From the NCBI GenBank assembly GCA_012295275.1, contig CM022672.1, forward strand, positions 19,902,001-19,966,000: DNA of 64,000 nt, read 5' to 3'. Below the pieces are notes generated by a model. It worked only from the letters and a program-made list of their open reading frames with translations, had not been told where the DNA came from and did not search any database. The position numbers and the translations under genes were made by a program. This document shows positions 1-33,700 of this stretch, one piece after another (within the stretch, counting starts at the first letter, position 1; every line of letters begins with the position of its first letter). Source of the stretch: Chrysomallon squamiferum. Lineage: Eukaryota; Animalia; Mollusca.

Positions 1-574
1 CTATATTAAACCAATATAACTGCTTTGTTGTAATAAAACAACAGCGGAACAGTACTCAAATTAATTTTAACAATGTAGTAAATTCAGCTGTTGTTTTATA
101 CCTCGACAGTGAACAAAAACAGTTTACAACAATATTTTCTAAAAATGCATCAGTCTGGACGGGGCGAAACATGTTCACTACTGGACTAGGGTAAGGGAGG
201 GCTAATTTCCAATGGGCCTAATTTCGTTGCTCCGGGCGTTCTCAACTTAAGTTCAGATAATTTTACAAATACTTCAAATCTTCATCTAAAAAGGCTGAAA
301 ATATCTGAATCATGTATTTTGTGTCTAAAACAAAATTGTTAAAAATTATTTCTAAAATTAATAGTTTTCTCTCTCACTATTAAAACAAACGCTTTGCTAT
401 GTCTGCTGTTGTTAAAACTGTAATATCTGTATGTTTATTTATTTACATTCATATCTGATTAATTCTGGTCACAAACAGAAGCAGACATTTAGCTAGTTTG
501 AAAAGATAATTTTGAATAAGAAACAGAATAGGAATTTTTCATTTCTTATTCTTTCGATATTTATTATTTTTTAT

Positions 575-614
<40 letters not shown>

Positions 615-1479
615 TATTATTATTATTATTTTTTTTTTTTATCTTATCTTATCTTATTTCATTACATTTAATAATATTTTATTTATTTATTCATTATACT
701 TTTTTTGTTATCACGGAAATACATATATATTATCCATTATTATTTTGCGTTTTAAATTATTCATCCCATTGTTATGTCACTTGCGAGAAAGGCTTGATAG
801 TAATTTATTTCTGCATATCAATTTAAGAAAAGGAAAATTATTTCAGTAAACATTTCCCTTAATTTTTATATCGTTATAAATGATGAATAATATACTTAAT
901 CTGTCTATTCCTGCTGCTAGTTTGAGTATTACTTTTTGTTTTGTTGACGATTTTCAAAATTAATCACAAAGAGGGAGAGAGAGAAAAAGGGATAGGGTTA
1001 ATATAAGCAAGACACAATATAATGTTTTCATTACAAACTTGGTCAAATAGCTTTTTATTTCCCGTTCTCTTTCCTGATCCCATTGTATGTTAGATAATAG
1101 ATCACACCTGTCCAGTGGTGTTACAGATGCTACAGTTTGTTTCTATATGGAAATAATTTTTTTTCAGTGCTTCCGTGTTGGTAATAATAACGATGAAAAA
1201 ATTTAAGCCAGCCATAAATACTATTTTCTATGTTATATGGTTATCTGATAATAGTACGAATGGTTTGTTGGCCTATGCCAAATGTAGCTTTTTTAGTCTT
1301 TGTATTCCCCGTAGAAGCTGAAAAGATAGGTTTCTGTATTTTGTACGTTTGGTGAACAAAATACCTTTGTTTCGGAAGCCATTTTACATTCGCTATTATT
1401 CGTCTTTTCTTTTCTTTTTTTCCCCTCTATAAATTTATTATTATAATTTTAATGAGATATTATTTGTGTTTTTTAAATT

Positions 1480-1495
1480 ATTATTATTATAATTA

Positions 1496-1545
<50 letters not shown>
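1480..1545. repeat. (TAT)n microsatellite
   Basis: Directly visible. Similar (ATT)n tracts lie near 2398-2447, 29016-29053 and 59445-59480. Confidence 0.9.
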
Positions 1546-1547
<2 letters not shown>

Positions 1548-1732
1548 GGGGTTAATTAGACACGACTTCTTTAATTTTGCGTTAAAGATTTATTAGTAAA
1601 TTATAACAATATGCTGATAAAATGGCCAAATTATAGATTTATAGCCAAATTAAAAAAAAAATATTAATGTTGTTTATGTTTTTTATTCTAGATAAGATCA
1701 GAGAACGTAAATTCTTTTTATATGATACGTAC

Positions 1733-2393
1733 CGCCATTGGCTCCCCATTAATGCCGCGGTATGTAGATGGATACAAGGCATCATCTTCCCACTTGCATT
1801 CTTCCACACCTGGAAGACCTTCTACGGTTGATTTCATTTTGTAAGTGAAGCCGTCTTTGGTGATTTCTATAGTGATTACTGCGTCTCGAAGAATTTCTCT
1901 TTCTTTTGAATCAATTCCTGGAAAGATAATGAATATTTTCAACATAACTAATTAACACGAATGAATTGCACAAGGGGTTTACAATTTGAAATAAAACTGT
2001 AAGAGTTTGAAAATGAAAAAATTATTAACAAGGTTATATTAAACAAAGGGATAAAAAAAAACTTTTAAATCCATTTTCTGCATAGTTTGTTAAAAAAAAA
2101 AAAAAAAAAAAAGTACACTGAAAATTAATGCCAAGTAGTTTTAATTATTATCACTGGAGATCAAATCGGAGAAGTTCCATAAAAGATTATCAACCACACT
2201 GAAACGTGTTGCAGATTAAAACAAACACTGCTGGGGTTTTTCTTTCTTTTTCAAATTATTTATTTATATTATTTATTTTAAGTGCGCCTTCCCTTCATAA
2301 TTTAGAACTAAAATTCGCCTGTATATTTCAACAATTCATCTTTAATATATATAATTTTTGCTTTGTTTTTAAATTTGTTTTTTGTAACGACTA

Positions 2394-2448
<55 letters not shown>

Positions 2449-3427
2449 TAATAAACAAATAAAACATTAATAGAGACAGTTTTGTGTTTTTCGGAAATTA
2501 TATTTTCATCTTATTAATTTTTATATTTATCTTTTATTTCAATTGTTGCTATGGCAGAAAATCATTCTACGTTAAAAGTTGTATAATTATAATTATAATA
2601 ATACCTTTAATTACAGTAAACATGAATGGGCAATTTAGACCATGAATTATGAATTAATTGCATAGTAATAACTATTTTCCAGATCTTTCGTCAGAATAAC
2701 AGCTTGGACATTAAGACAAATTTAATATTGCAAGTAATTAAAGAATATAACTTCTGAGTTGCGTAAATGTGAAAACAATTAGACGTTTCTGCTTTATTAT
2801 TTTCACACTTGATATCACATATCACCGAATTGTTTGCTAAATTGCTCATTATTAAACTGTAGTTATTAAACAATTTCCTACATGACATAAAAAGGTTATT
2901 ATAACATTCGATGATGTGTAAATGTCCTGGTTTCCTAAGATATGCTATATCGGCAGTATACAGTATGCCTACATTTGAAGCATAAGATTTTCGCAAGCTT
3001 TAAATATACGAGTTGTTCGATACTGACACAGATATTTGTTCAGATGTTTAAATAAGTTATTTAATTCAATGTCGTTATTGATAAGTGTTTTGGACTTGCG
3101 AGTGCTCGCTCACTCGTTTCTTCGTGTATTTAACATTTCCGAGGTCAGACACTCGTTTTCAAAGACGGTTGGGACAATTTTCCTCTTTCTCTTTTTTTTT
3201 TTTTTTTTTTTGTCATAAATATTTGATACGTTTACGTACATTCGTCGCCATGTATGAAAGAGACTGCATTTGAATTGTTAACTGAACAAATCACCCAGAT
3301 GTCTGTCTCCCAGAAGCGAGACGCATACACGTTCAGGCGCAACTCACTTACCCGTTAGATCACAAAATGCATCGAAATTGGTGTTATCTTTATGCACAAG
3401 TTTCCAGGTACCCAAAAAACCATCCAT
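1733..3427 (-). CDS. Fatty-acid-binding protein / iLBP family gene, exons 1-2 (remaining exons not found, probably left of the window)
   Basis: Exon 1 3427-3352 encodes MDGFLGTWKLVHKDNTNFDAFCDLT, the classic FABP N-terminal F-x-G-x-W-K-L motif, and ends at a phase-1 GTAAGT donor. Exon 2 1917-1733 (ccag| ... |GTACGT) continues in frame: GIDSKEREILRDAVITIEITKDGFTYKMKSTVEG...GEPMA. Intron positions and phases fit the usual four-exon FABP structure. Confidence 0.8.
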
Positions 3428-3558
3428 AGCGCATTCACGAAACATCACACATTACTTTTCGAGTTTTGCTGGCGATAATTATTATTTAGAATAAATACAT
3501 GCAACAGGTGGTGGTATTATTTTCACACTCATTTGTAATCATGAACAGCGTTTACTGA

Positions 3559-3565
3559 ATTTATA
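3559..3565 (-). promoter_or_regulatory. Candidate TATA box of the FABP-like gene
   Basis: TATAAAT on the minus strand about 130 nt upstream of the ATG. The AT-rich background makes this weak. Confidence 0.3.
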
Positions 3566-3744
3566 AAACAAGTGTCATCGTTTGGCTGGTATATTAAGTA
3601 TCAAATATAACCAGGTGCTGTCCTAGAGATAATTCTAGAGCGGTGGGCAAGGTAACTGACGTCTGAGGAGGAACTCCTTAGATGAATCGATAAGGAGACT
3701 ATATTAAATATCCCATTTACTACTGACTACTACATACTGCAGCA

Positions 3745-3746
<2 letters not shown>

Positions 3747-3812
<66 letters not shown>
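3747..3812. repeat. Compound (TG)n(AG)n microsatellite
   Basis: Directly visible. Confidence 0.95.
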
Positions 3813-3816
<4 letters not shown>

Positions 3817-4978
3817 CTTTTCAATACAAGATCCTAAACACATGCTTTGTTTTTTATTTTGTTTTTTTTCGTAATTTTATTTCATCTGAAAATAATTTGT
3901 TTTAATTAATTTTTTATTTTAGTAATATCATATTGTCGTATAATTGAAAACACCAGCACACAAAATTATATTTAAAAAAGAAAGAAAGAAAAGGAAAAAG
4001 GCTTTTAACATAACAAAATCAGCAAAGTTTAAACAGATTTATCATTTTAGTAAAATTTAATTAGAAAGTAACACAGTGAACTGAATTTGTTTCCTATTTG
4101 TTTTGGGTTTTCAGGGAGGGTTAAATATTTACAAAGATAAACTTTTTTTTTTCTGTTTCACTTAGACATGCTTCTTTAGGTTCTAAAACTGATGAATAAA
4201 AAAATATATAACATTTAAAAATCAATTATAATCTGACAACTTCATTATAGCTGTTACTCTTAACATTTTTCACTGGTTTATAAACATTCATTCATTCAAT
4301 GTTTTAAAAATTGTTTTTATATTTATATTTTTATTTTAGTTTTCATTTAGAAGTGTTTTTTAGGTAAAAATAAAATAATGAAATAATTTATAAACTACTG
4401 AATATTCAGACACTCAAACACCGAAAAATAACACACTATGAACACAAAACATTTTTATTATTGCATTAAAGATGTGATCAGTGTGTCATCAAAATGTAAC
4501 CTTGATATTCCAAAACATGCTTGATAGATTAGTTTTGTTATGAAATGTACAAAACAGAATGTAGTTACTAATCATGCAAAAATATATTCTATTAAATAAA
4601 TAATTAATTTATATCAATATATAATATTTAAAAAAAAAAAATACAAAATGAATTTTTAAACAGAAGATTATTAGTAGTAATTTCATTTTTTAAATTTGAT
4701 ACACTAGGAGAAATTTACCTCGCATGATTTTCATGCTGTTCATGGTTTAATGGATGTCATCTTTGTTACATTTTTTTAGGCTATATTTATTTTAATATTT
4801 ATATGAGATGAATAATGTTCAAGCATTCTATTTTAAAAATTAAACTGATAATCAGAGAATAAAAACATAAATGAAACCACTTCCTCAGTGACAAAATTTA
4901 TCAGTGATTTATTTTATCTATTGATTGAAATTTGTTTTATTTTAGATATTCCTACAGTGATATGGAATGTGAATGACT

Positions 4979-5016
<38 letters not shown>

Positions 5017-5086
5017 GTATGTGAATGTGCATGTATTTATGTTTGTGCCAGAAGATATTTTTATATTTACATATGACTTTATGTAG

Positions 5087-5087
<1 letters not shown>

Positions 5088-5147
<60 letters not shown>
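5088..5147. repeat. (TG)n microsatellite in the TMEM203 3' region
   Basis: Directly visible. Other CA/TG tracts lie near 4980, 9080, 14740, 40078 and 59053. Confidence 0.95.
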
Positions 5148-5149
<2 letters not shown>

Positions 5150-5389
5150 GGCCTAACTGCTTACATGTTTGTACTGGAAAATTATCTCTAAAAAAAAAAC
5201 CCATTAACAACACAGGCAGAGACAGTCCAAAGAGGTAGTCACAAAAAACTTTTACAATGTTAACCAAAATGTTCTTGAAATACAAGGTGCTGATTTGAAA
5301 TAATCATAAAATTATAAAGACCCTTTTCATTTATTTTATTTTATTTTATTTTGTTATTACTTTATTTTATCTGAATAATTATCATATTA

Positions 5390-5794
5390 TTAATGAACCC
5401 GACAAGCACGTACCATCACAATAGTCAACAAAATAAATATTGGCGCCATGACTTCTGATGATGATAATGATCGTGTCTGACTGAATTTTTCACACAAGAG
5501 GAACTTAAACACAAACAGTAACATAATGCTGAGTAAAGATGTCAAGAAACGAATCCCTGCTGTTTTCAGTCCATACTCCTCGTACTGTCGAATTAAAACA
5601 ATGATGCAGAAATAGGCACACAGTCCATCACATGTAAATAGAGGAATGAAACAAATCCACCAAGATTTTTTTATAATGCCTTCATACTTGAGCACAGCCA
5701 GAGCAGAGAAGACTAACACAGACACAATGTGCATCCAAATCTCAAATCCAGTCATTCGCAGCCATCGAACTAGTTCACGCAAAGTGAAAAACAT
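5390..5794 (-). CDS. TMEM203: Transmembrane protein 203
   Basis: Uninterrupted 134-aa hydrophobic ORF MFFTLRELVRWLRMTGFEIWMH...PIFILLTIVMVRACRVH with TMEM203-type N- and C-termini and the PLFxxDGLxxYF motif. An acceptor at 6025 suggests a non-coding first exon further upstream. Confidence 0.92.
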   Translation of the reverse strand: MFFTLRELVRWLRMTGFEIWMHIVSVLVFSALAVLKYEGIIKKSWWICFIPLFTCDGLCAYFCIIVLIRQYEEYGLKTAGIRFLTSLLSIMLLFVFKFLLCEKFSQTRSLSSSEVMAPIFILLTIVMVRACRVH

Positions 5795-6849
5795 GTTGAG
5801 CTTATTAAAACCAGAGAACAGCTACATTGTCTTATCTATGTGAGCTTCCTGAACTTGTATCTTCAGTTTCATTGTATGTATTCATTGCTGCACAGATTTA
5901 CAATGATGACTAATATAAAAATAAAAAAAACATATACGATGCTCTGCAATTTGGTTCGTTACTGATGTAAATCAAATTTTATTACAACACAGAAAGACAT
6001 CCTGCATTTGAAGACTTGGTTTAATCTGTAAAAATATAATAATTGTATTTATGAGAGATTCTATACACAGAGATAAATCCAAAATATGTATTTAACATTT
6101 TTAATAAAGGAAATAAATCCAAAAATCTAAAGACAAAGCTAAATTTAAATTAAAATATTAACAATAATTATAATTTCATTAGTATATAATTATAATAAAT
6201 TAATAAAAGAATTTCAAATTCATTATTTCATTAAGGAAATAAAAATGTATTTGCTTAAAAAAAAAAAAAAAAAAAAAAAAGGATAAAATAATTAATAGTA
6301 GTTAAAGAATATCTGCTGAGTAACAGACCAGCCCTTTACAATATCTAAATTTGTATTTATGAAGTTATTGATTTTTATATATATATAAATCAAACAACAA
6401 CAACAAAACAAACACCTTTGATTTGGATACTATGGTTTTGTATAATTTTAATGATAATTTGTGAAAAGAATGTTTCTACACTTAAAACTCTTCTTTTCGG
6501 CCACTAGGTAGGTATAATTTATTTTAAATTTCACATCTTCTGATTAACAAAGTATGAGGCGTTTATTAGAACAGCAAAATGACTCAATTTCAACTGCTTG
6601 GGATGACTGAAGAATGATTTAAAATTAAAAACATTATCTTTCATTCAAGAAAAAAATTATAATGTGACTATGGTTATTAAATACGCAATATTAAAATTAT
6701 CTTATATTTAAATATCATTTAAAAATAACAATAATAACATATTTTTTTGGCCTATGTCCACATTTTGGTTTTAAAGTAAAGTTGTGTCTTATTTTCTGTT
6801 TATCAACTTTATGTTCGGCCAACAATTTTTAAGTGCTGCCTTGTGATAC

Positions 6850-7170
6850 CTACAGAACTTCTTGCCTGTAATGTGCAAAACATAACAATTCGAATATCGA
6901 CTATTGATATAAATTGATTGCAACTGCTGATAACCCTGATTGAACATACATACGGCTAACGGGTTTCAAAAAACAAAACTGAAACATTCCATTTCTGTTC
7001 AACTTCCGGATAAACAATGTCATTCGACTGGTTTGCCAACTATATTAATGCTTCTCTTTTTATAGGGTTAAACTGCGTTTTGCGAGGTTGCGAAACAGTT
7101 GACTAAATAAAATGTGCACGTGTGAATAGTTGAAATGATTCTTCTAAGACTAATAGTTATCAGGTAAAAA
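6850..7170. promoter_or_regulatory. Putative bidirectional promoter shared by TMEM203 and NDOR1
   Basis: Lies between divergent genes, is relatively CpG-rich, and carries an ETS/GABP core ACTTCCGG at 7002-7009. A candidate NDOR1 first donor cag|gtaaaa follows at 7163/7164. Confidence 0.55.
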
Positions 7171-7793
7171 CAAAAAATGTAGTATATACATTTTACAAAA
7201 TCGGACGTTCATCTAAGGGCGCGCAACAATAAGGCAACTGAGTATTTGTACAGTAATATTAAACTGTAATCAGTGTAAGGTCAAGATCGTTTGTTTGTAA
7301 ACATTAACCGGCTAACTCAAACCGAGTCAAAGGTGAACGTGATGTCCTTTATCCCACCTCATTTTCAAGAGTGTATATTATCAGTTATGTTTTTCTTATT
7401 TTAAATATTTTTACTAGTTATTTATTAAAGTAGTAATGGAGTTATAAACGAACTACATAATTTGAACGTTTTCTCGCTTGTCATGATTACTTTAGGCTTT
7501 TTAGTTCATTTATATATATATCTTTTATTTCCATAAAATGAAAAAGCATTGACTCGAAATTGTTATTGAAGTATTTTTTCGTGACAGTTTTAACGTGGAC
7601 ACGATATTACTCAGCTGTTTTGGTACTCGTATTCTTTGTTCAAAACGCTGAATCATCCTGCAGATTGCATCAGAAGGAATGAGCCTCTGCATGATGAAAT
7701 TGAAATCAGGACTATATAAGACTCCAAGAACTGTTATGTCACAGTGTTACAGAAGACTTCAATGGTACTTTTTATTTCTTCCTTTCTTTTTTT

Positions 7794-7842
<49 letters not shown>

Positions 7843-7905
7843 GCAAATGTATTTCAAAATCAAAAGAAACAAAAACAACAATAATAAATATAACATTTCT
7901 TTTAA

Positions 7906-15482
<7,577 letters not shown>

Positions 15483-16758
15483 TGGATGTATTGTCTTATG
15501 ACCACTTTTTCATTTACTAGTGAACTTTTTTATACTAGACTGAAACTTCATCTCAATGTTGTCTTTAGACAGGTTTAACATTTATTATTTCTTGTGAACT
15601 TTTTATAGAAGATTGATGGACACATTGAACAGTTTATTATTTATTTTTACAAAGAAAAGATACCTGTAGTCACACCCTAGTCTTTTCAGAACTACATGGT
15701 AACACTTTAACATGTCTACCACGATTCAGTTCTTTAGTGACTTTTCAAAACTGTTTAGTGACTTCAATACATTTACAGCCTTAAATGATTTCAGTTGTTT
15801 TGTGTTAGCGAGTGTAATGTTTTTGTATAAGTAACAGAAAAGTAAGGATGTTATTGTTTATGTTCCTTTGCTATAAAAATACCAACTTAAGGCGTTAACT
15901 TGGGTTATGCCTTAAATTTGTTTGTGAGAGAAGCTACTTATCTAAGTAGTAAGTATCAAGTCTGTTTTTATTATTTACCATTTTGTCGAAACCCAACAGT
16001 GACTTTTTGTCTTTGTGCTAGGTGTTTTTAAATATTCATTCATCATTTGTGCCATGATCATAAAATAAATTTGGCAGTTTGTTTTCTTTAAACTATGGTG
16101 AATTGAAACATATTTGGAAGTTACACTGATTTAAGATCAAGAGTAACACCAGAGCATTTCAGAATACTGCATCAGAACAAGGTATTACAAAGTGCCAAAA
16201 TCATGTCATATCTATGTTAGGTGCATGGACCATTTTCCAATAAGATAAAGATGAAAACAATTTTTAAATCTGACTTTGTTTTTTATGATTATTATTTTTT
16301 TTTTTTTTCTCAGATATTGATATCCACATGGAATAAATATCTTGGAAAACAGAATTATTTTTTTAACTGTGATAGAATTTATATTTATTTAATATATATG
16401 TATTATTGGCAGATGTTTTAAATATTTTTAAATTAATGTTTTGGAAATATTAAAGAATTTCTTAATATTAATTTTTTTTGTTATCAATTAATAACAACAA
16501 AAGTGTTAAAATAGTTTTTATTACTTTTATTTTTTATTTTTTTTATACTGAACCAATACACAATAGTGCAATTGAAGCTGCAATAGTTTTTATATGTATA
16601 TATTTACAATAAATCTGTATTTGTATGCAATGATGCATTATATACTTGTTTATTTTGCTTCCTGTAAGTATTCCTGACTTTATAAAATTGATATTACAAT
16701 AAAAATCTTCAACTGGTTACTAAAAAAAAAAAAAAAAATCAGCCCATTTTATGTCAGT

Positions 16759-28828
<12,070 letters not shown>

Positions 28829-28829
28829 A

Positions 28830-29015
28830 TTAACAATGTACGCGTGAAATGTTTACAGATTTTATTAACTATCAAGTGCTTTTTCACTTGTTTAAGGAGG
28901 CCGCCATTTTCACAAAACGATAGCCCTTTGATGTACACACAAATCCGTGACGTTTACAATTTTGAGAAGAAAAAAAGAAAAAGAAGGAAAAAAAAAATCT
29001 ATTGAAATTGGACAC

Positions 29016-29058
<43 letters not shown>

Positions 29059-29590
29059 GCTTTTTTCTTTCTTTCAAACATTAAATTGATTAATGCCTTG
29101 CTATGGCGACAGCCGATGTATAACAAATACCTCTTAACCGAAACAGGTCTACTAAGCAGCACCGATCTATTTCTTAAAAGTACATAACTTTTTACTTTCA
29201 GATTAGTTTTGATCTTTAAATAAAACTAAATCTTTTAAATAAAAATGTCATTTAATTTAAAAACCATGTACTTTTGTAATTGTCGGCTCATTCCGGAGGT
29301 TGTCGTTGAAAAGAATTACAAATTTGCATAATTTATGTAGGTGGTGCCCTCTGTTATCAGAATTCGGATGCAGAAGTGTGGTAAATAGTGTCTGATGTTG
29401 AAATAAAATCTTTGATTGTTCACTTGACGAAATATACGCAGTCTTCAACTGTGAATTATGATTTTAATAACTACAACGACGATCAAAAGACAGTTAATAA
29501 GAGACTGATTTACAGAAACTGAGTGAAATACTTGAAAAGGTTAGTCACTTAGTGCAGTAAAAATGGCTGACGGTAAAAATGGCTGCCATT
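28830..29590. promoter_or_regulatory. Bidirectional DHX16/Roquin promoter with outward-facing YY1 motifs
   Basis: CpG-rich intergenic segment. CCGCCATTTT at 28901-28910 reads AAAATGGCGG on the DHX16 strand, and two AAAATGGCTG copies lie at about 29559-29585 on the Roquin strand. The non-coding Roquin exon-1 donor aag|gttagt is at 29539/29540. Confidence 0.6.
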
Positions 29591-29972
29591 GATAAAGTAC
29601 TTATTAACTTAGATTTTAGCAGCATACTGTGTACAGCTGTAGGGTTATTTGTACTTTTCTGATGTTTGTTTAAAGCTGGTTATTATTATTAATTTGGATA
29701 CAAGAATTTTAAGTTTAACTGGATGATTTGTTGTGTGTATAAAAATACATAATTATATGGGTAATAATGGTAATGTGGTATGGACTATGCCTCTGGAGAA
29801 CTCGATCTGTGTTAAATCATAAAACTATTTATATTTTGGTGTAATTTTGTGACTTGTTTCATTATAGGTGGAAAAATATTCCTTCCATCACACCAGTAGT
29901 TTAAGAAATAATGCACTCCAAGAATTGACCCACATTTCATAATTTTTTTCTTCTTTTTGTTAATTCTTGCAG

Positions 29973-30005
<33 letters not shown>

Positions 30006-30701
30006 TAAATATAATTTTGTTGTTATCAAATATAAAAACGCTTTATAAACTAAGGTCATATGTCTTAGGTTTATCAAACCTCAAAATTACATTTCTCACT
30101 TTCTGCTTTTCATTTTATAACTTACTCATGCAAGAGGAAATATTAATTTATTTTGGTACTCAGATGTACTTAATTTTTAACATACAGAAAAGCAATAAAC
30201 AAAATATAAAAATTATTGTACAATTATGTTGGATTTCAAGAGTTAAAAATATTTGAATGCAACATTGGTTTTTAAACCCACCTTTTTATTATTTATTTTA
30301 GTTAGCATTAGCAATTATTATCATTCTGTGTAATTTAAAAAATAAATAATCACTTTTAATGTTAATGGTGTTTTTAATGGACATTTTACATCCTATTTTA
30401 ATGAAGCAGTGTCATACTTAACATTCAGCTTATTTTTCCAGATATATCTAGTTATGTGAAAGAAAACAAATATTACACAACTCTGAATTATCCAACAACC
30501 TTAATATTAATTCCAAATGTTTTTTATTTTAAGGTCAAATTCACAGTCAGAATTAAGATTTAAGGCAACATTCAATGCACTTTAAAAATGAAAACCAATA
30601 GAATATATGGCATATTTAGTTGGTTGCTTTTACACTTTACAGTGATACCAAGGCTGTTTGATTAATCTTTAGTTTTATTTCAGATACAGAAGTATGTAAA
30701 G

Positions 30702-33700
30702 ATGCCTGTGCAGGGACCACAGTGGACAGAATTTCTGTCATGCCATGTCTGTTTTAAGGTTTTTGATGATAAAATACATTTGCCCATCAGTCTTGGGTGC
30801 AGTCATTCAGTCTGCAAATTGTGCCTCTTGAAATTACAACAGAGCAGATGTCCTTTTGATCAGAGTCCTATCACAGTTGATGTGAATGATCTTCCTGTGA
30901 ACAATGCTTTGCTACAACTTGTTGGTGGTTCTTGCCATAAAAAATTTGATGCTAGTGTCCTAGGTGATAATGCCAAATATTATCAGTCTGCAACAAAATG
31001 TATTGAAGATTTGGCACTTCTTCTGAAACCTCTACTTTATGGTAAGCTGAAATCATAATATATCTTGTTGTATTTTATATTGTAATATTTCATAATTTTC
31101 ACTGTTGATGAGAAAAGTCAAATTAGCAATTAGCTGAAAATAATTGTAATATTTTCATTATTATTGTCCACTTAGTCCTCAAGCATTTCTTCAATTTAAG
31201 AAATCATTTTATTACAGCTTTTATATGTCGTGCTTAAAGAAATTTAAAATATTTGTTTTTGTAGATGCGATTTCACTGAAATCAGAAATAGATGATGAAA
31301 GTTCGAAAAAAACAGGTGGTTCTCAGTTCAGTTGCATTCTAAGTCGACCAATGCAAAGAAAACTTGTTACCTTAATTAACTGTCAACTGCTGGAAGAAGA
31401 AGGACGTGCACGTATTATGAGAGTTGCTAGATCACTGGGTGAAAGAACAGTCACAGAGCTAATACTTCAACATCAGAATCCACAACAACTGTCAGCAAAT
31501 CTTTGGGCAGCTGTGCGTGCTAGAGGATGTCAATTTCTTGGACCAGGTATTGTATTGTTATAAATGTGGCATTATTATTTACATTTTTGTTCCAGTTGCT
31601 TTTTAACTATCAAATTTCAATAGTAAATGGATCATCATTTAAATTCTACAGTACCCATTTCAGATCATTTAAAAAATCATTAATGTAAAATTCTAGTGGA
31701 TTAAAGAGTTTAGTTCATTATTTGTTTATATGACATGGTTGTGAGAAAACAAAATACATAAATATAAACTTTTACTGCCAGTGTCACCTTTTTGAAATGT
31801 GTTATTTTAAAAGTACCAAAATAATAGTCTGGATATTTAAAATTATTTTTATTGACACTTTTTAAATTTGCTCTCAGTGTTTCCTTTTTGTTTATAAACT
31901 ATGAAAAATCAGTGAAAAGAAAAACATGTATGTTAGATCTAAGACGAAATTTCAGTTTTAAAAAAAAAAAAATAAAATGCATCCTCATAATTTGGAAAAC
32001 AAAGATCACAAAAAAAAATTATTCTGACATTTTGTTTAATACCTGACTGAATACAAACATAAATCTAAAAAGGTTGTTAATTAAAAACAATCATATGACT
32101 TTTTTTTTGTTTAAAACATAAATCTTTATTTTGTAATCAGTTACACAGTGCATTCCAGCATCAGTTGCTTGGAAATGAATAGCACAAACCAATAATACAA
32201 TAATTAAAAGCAAGAAATTCCTGCCTGTAACCCACATCTTTCAGTCATTAGTGTTCAGTTTTTCATTGGCCCATCCTTGTGTAAAGCTAAAGCCACTGTT
32301 TATCAGCCAAATAAGATAAAACTACGGTAGAATATGATTTGTTAGCTCTTCTTCATTTTCACTGATATGGTCTGATCTTCAAACAACTGAATTTCATTAC
32401 ACCTTAAAAAAAAACTGGAATTTCATTCAGTTTATCAAGTGAATGTCACATTCTTCCATTTATTAATGACAGATTTGTGAAAATGAAATAAACATTTTAT
32501 TTGTGATTTTTGTTTTTCAGCAATGCAGGAGGAAGTTCTTAGTTTGATATTGCTGGCTTTAGAAGATGGATCTGCTTTATCACGCAAAGTTCTTGTTCTT
32601 TTTGTTGTACAGCGTCTTGAACCTCAGTATCCTCATGCATCAAAAACTGCAATTGGGCATGTTGTTCAACTACTGTACAGAGCATCTTGTTTCAAGGTAT
32701 TTTTGTTAACAAAACTATATTAGGAGAAAAAAAAAAAAAAAACTTTAACCATAGGCTAAGGATAACAGATTACCATATACTTTTCAGTATTATTTCTTTG
32801 CAGTTTTATAATTGATAATTTTTCATTTAATTAACAGCATAATTAAAAGATGTGATCATTACTTTGTATTAAACATAAACATTTTATAATTGTTAATAGG
32901 TGACTAAACGTGAGGAGGAATCTTCCTTGATGCAGTTAAAAGAAGAATTCCGAACACATGAAACATTACGAAGAGAGCATGATTCACAGATTGTTGAAAT
33001 TGCTTTAGAAGCAGGATTAAGGATATCCCCTGAGCAGTGGTCATCACTACTGTATGGTGATGCTCATCATAAGTCACATATGCAGTCTATTATTGATAAG
33101 GTTAATATAATTTGTTTTCCTTTCAGTGAACTTTTACTAGAATTCTTTTAAGTTTCATCTGTTTATATAGTGTTATATTTTGTTGTTATTTCCAAATAAT
33201 CCTTGCTAATTATGTACAAAAATAGTACGTTTTTATTTATTAATAATCTGGCAATGTGATCTTGAAAAAATGTAGTCCATAGCCCATTTTAATTTGTCTT
33301 TGTTCCTTTACAAATATGTCTGTTACTATGAGTTGTAACAACTGTTAGAATGCTTTGTGTTATTTTTGAATAAAATGGTTTATTTTTGTAAATAGTTGCA
33401 GACTCCACAGTCATTCAGCCAGAGTGTGAATGAGCTAATGATAGCTCTTGAGCGAACTGGTGATCCATGTAACTTGCAACGACTTCGACCACACCTAGAG
33501 TTTCTTTCTAGTGTTGATCCTAGTCCAGGTATGTTGCTTATGTTTTTTTACATTTTTAGCATTTATACTTTGTAATTGCTGACTAAAATGTCCTAAAATT
33601 TAAGAATAGGATTACACAATATTATAGTAAAGCATATTATTATTCTTTATTTTATTAGAAATGCCAGCACCTTCATGGGAGAATCTGGAAGCTGTAATGA

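Noticed and set aside
512-826. 104-aa F/L/I-rich ORF and similar ORFs (2206-2451, 11611-11935, 14560-14863, 28884-29187, 50539-50766)
   Set aside because: Translations of poly-T, (ATT)n or (CA)n low-complexity tracts, with no protein-like motifs.
1-1732. FABP exons 3-4
   Set aside because: Minus-strand acceptors tested (near 1318, 1130 and 1107) hit stops or gave non-FABP sequence. The exons probably lie outside the window.
7736-7756. CAGTGT loop as an iron-responsive element in the NDOR1 5'UTR
   Set aside because: The flanks do not form the 5-bp upper stem with a C bulge.
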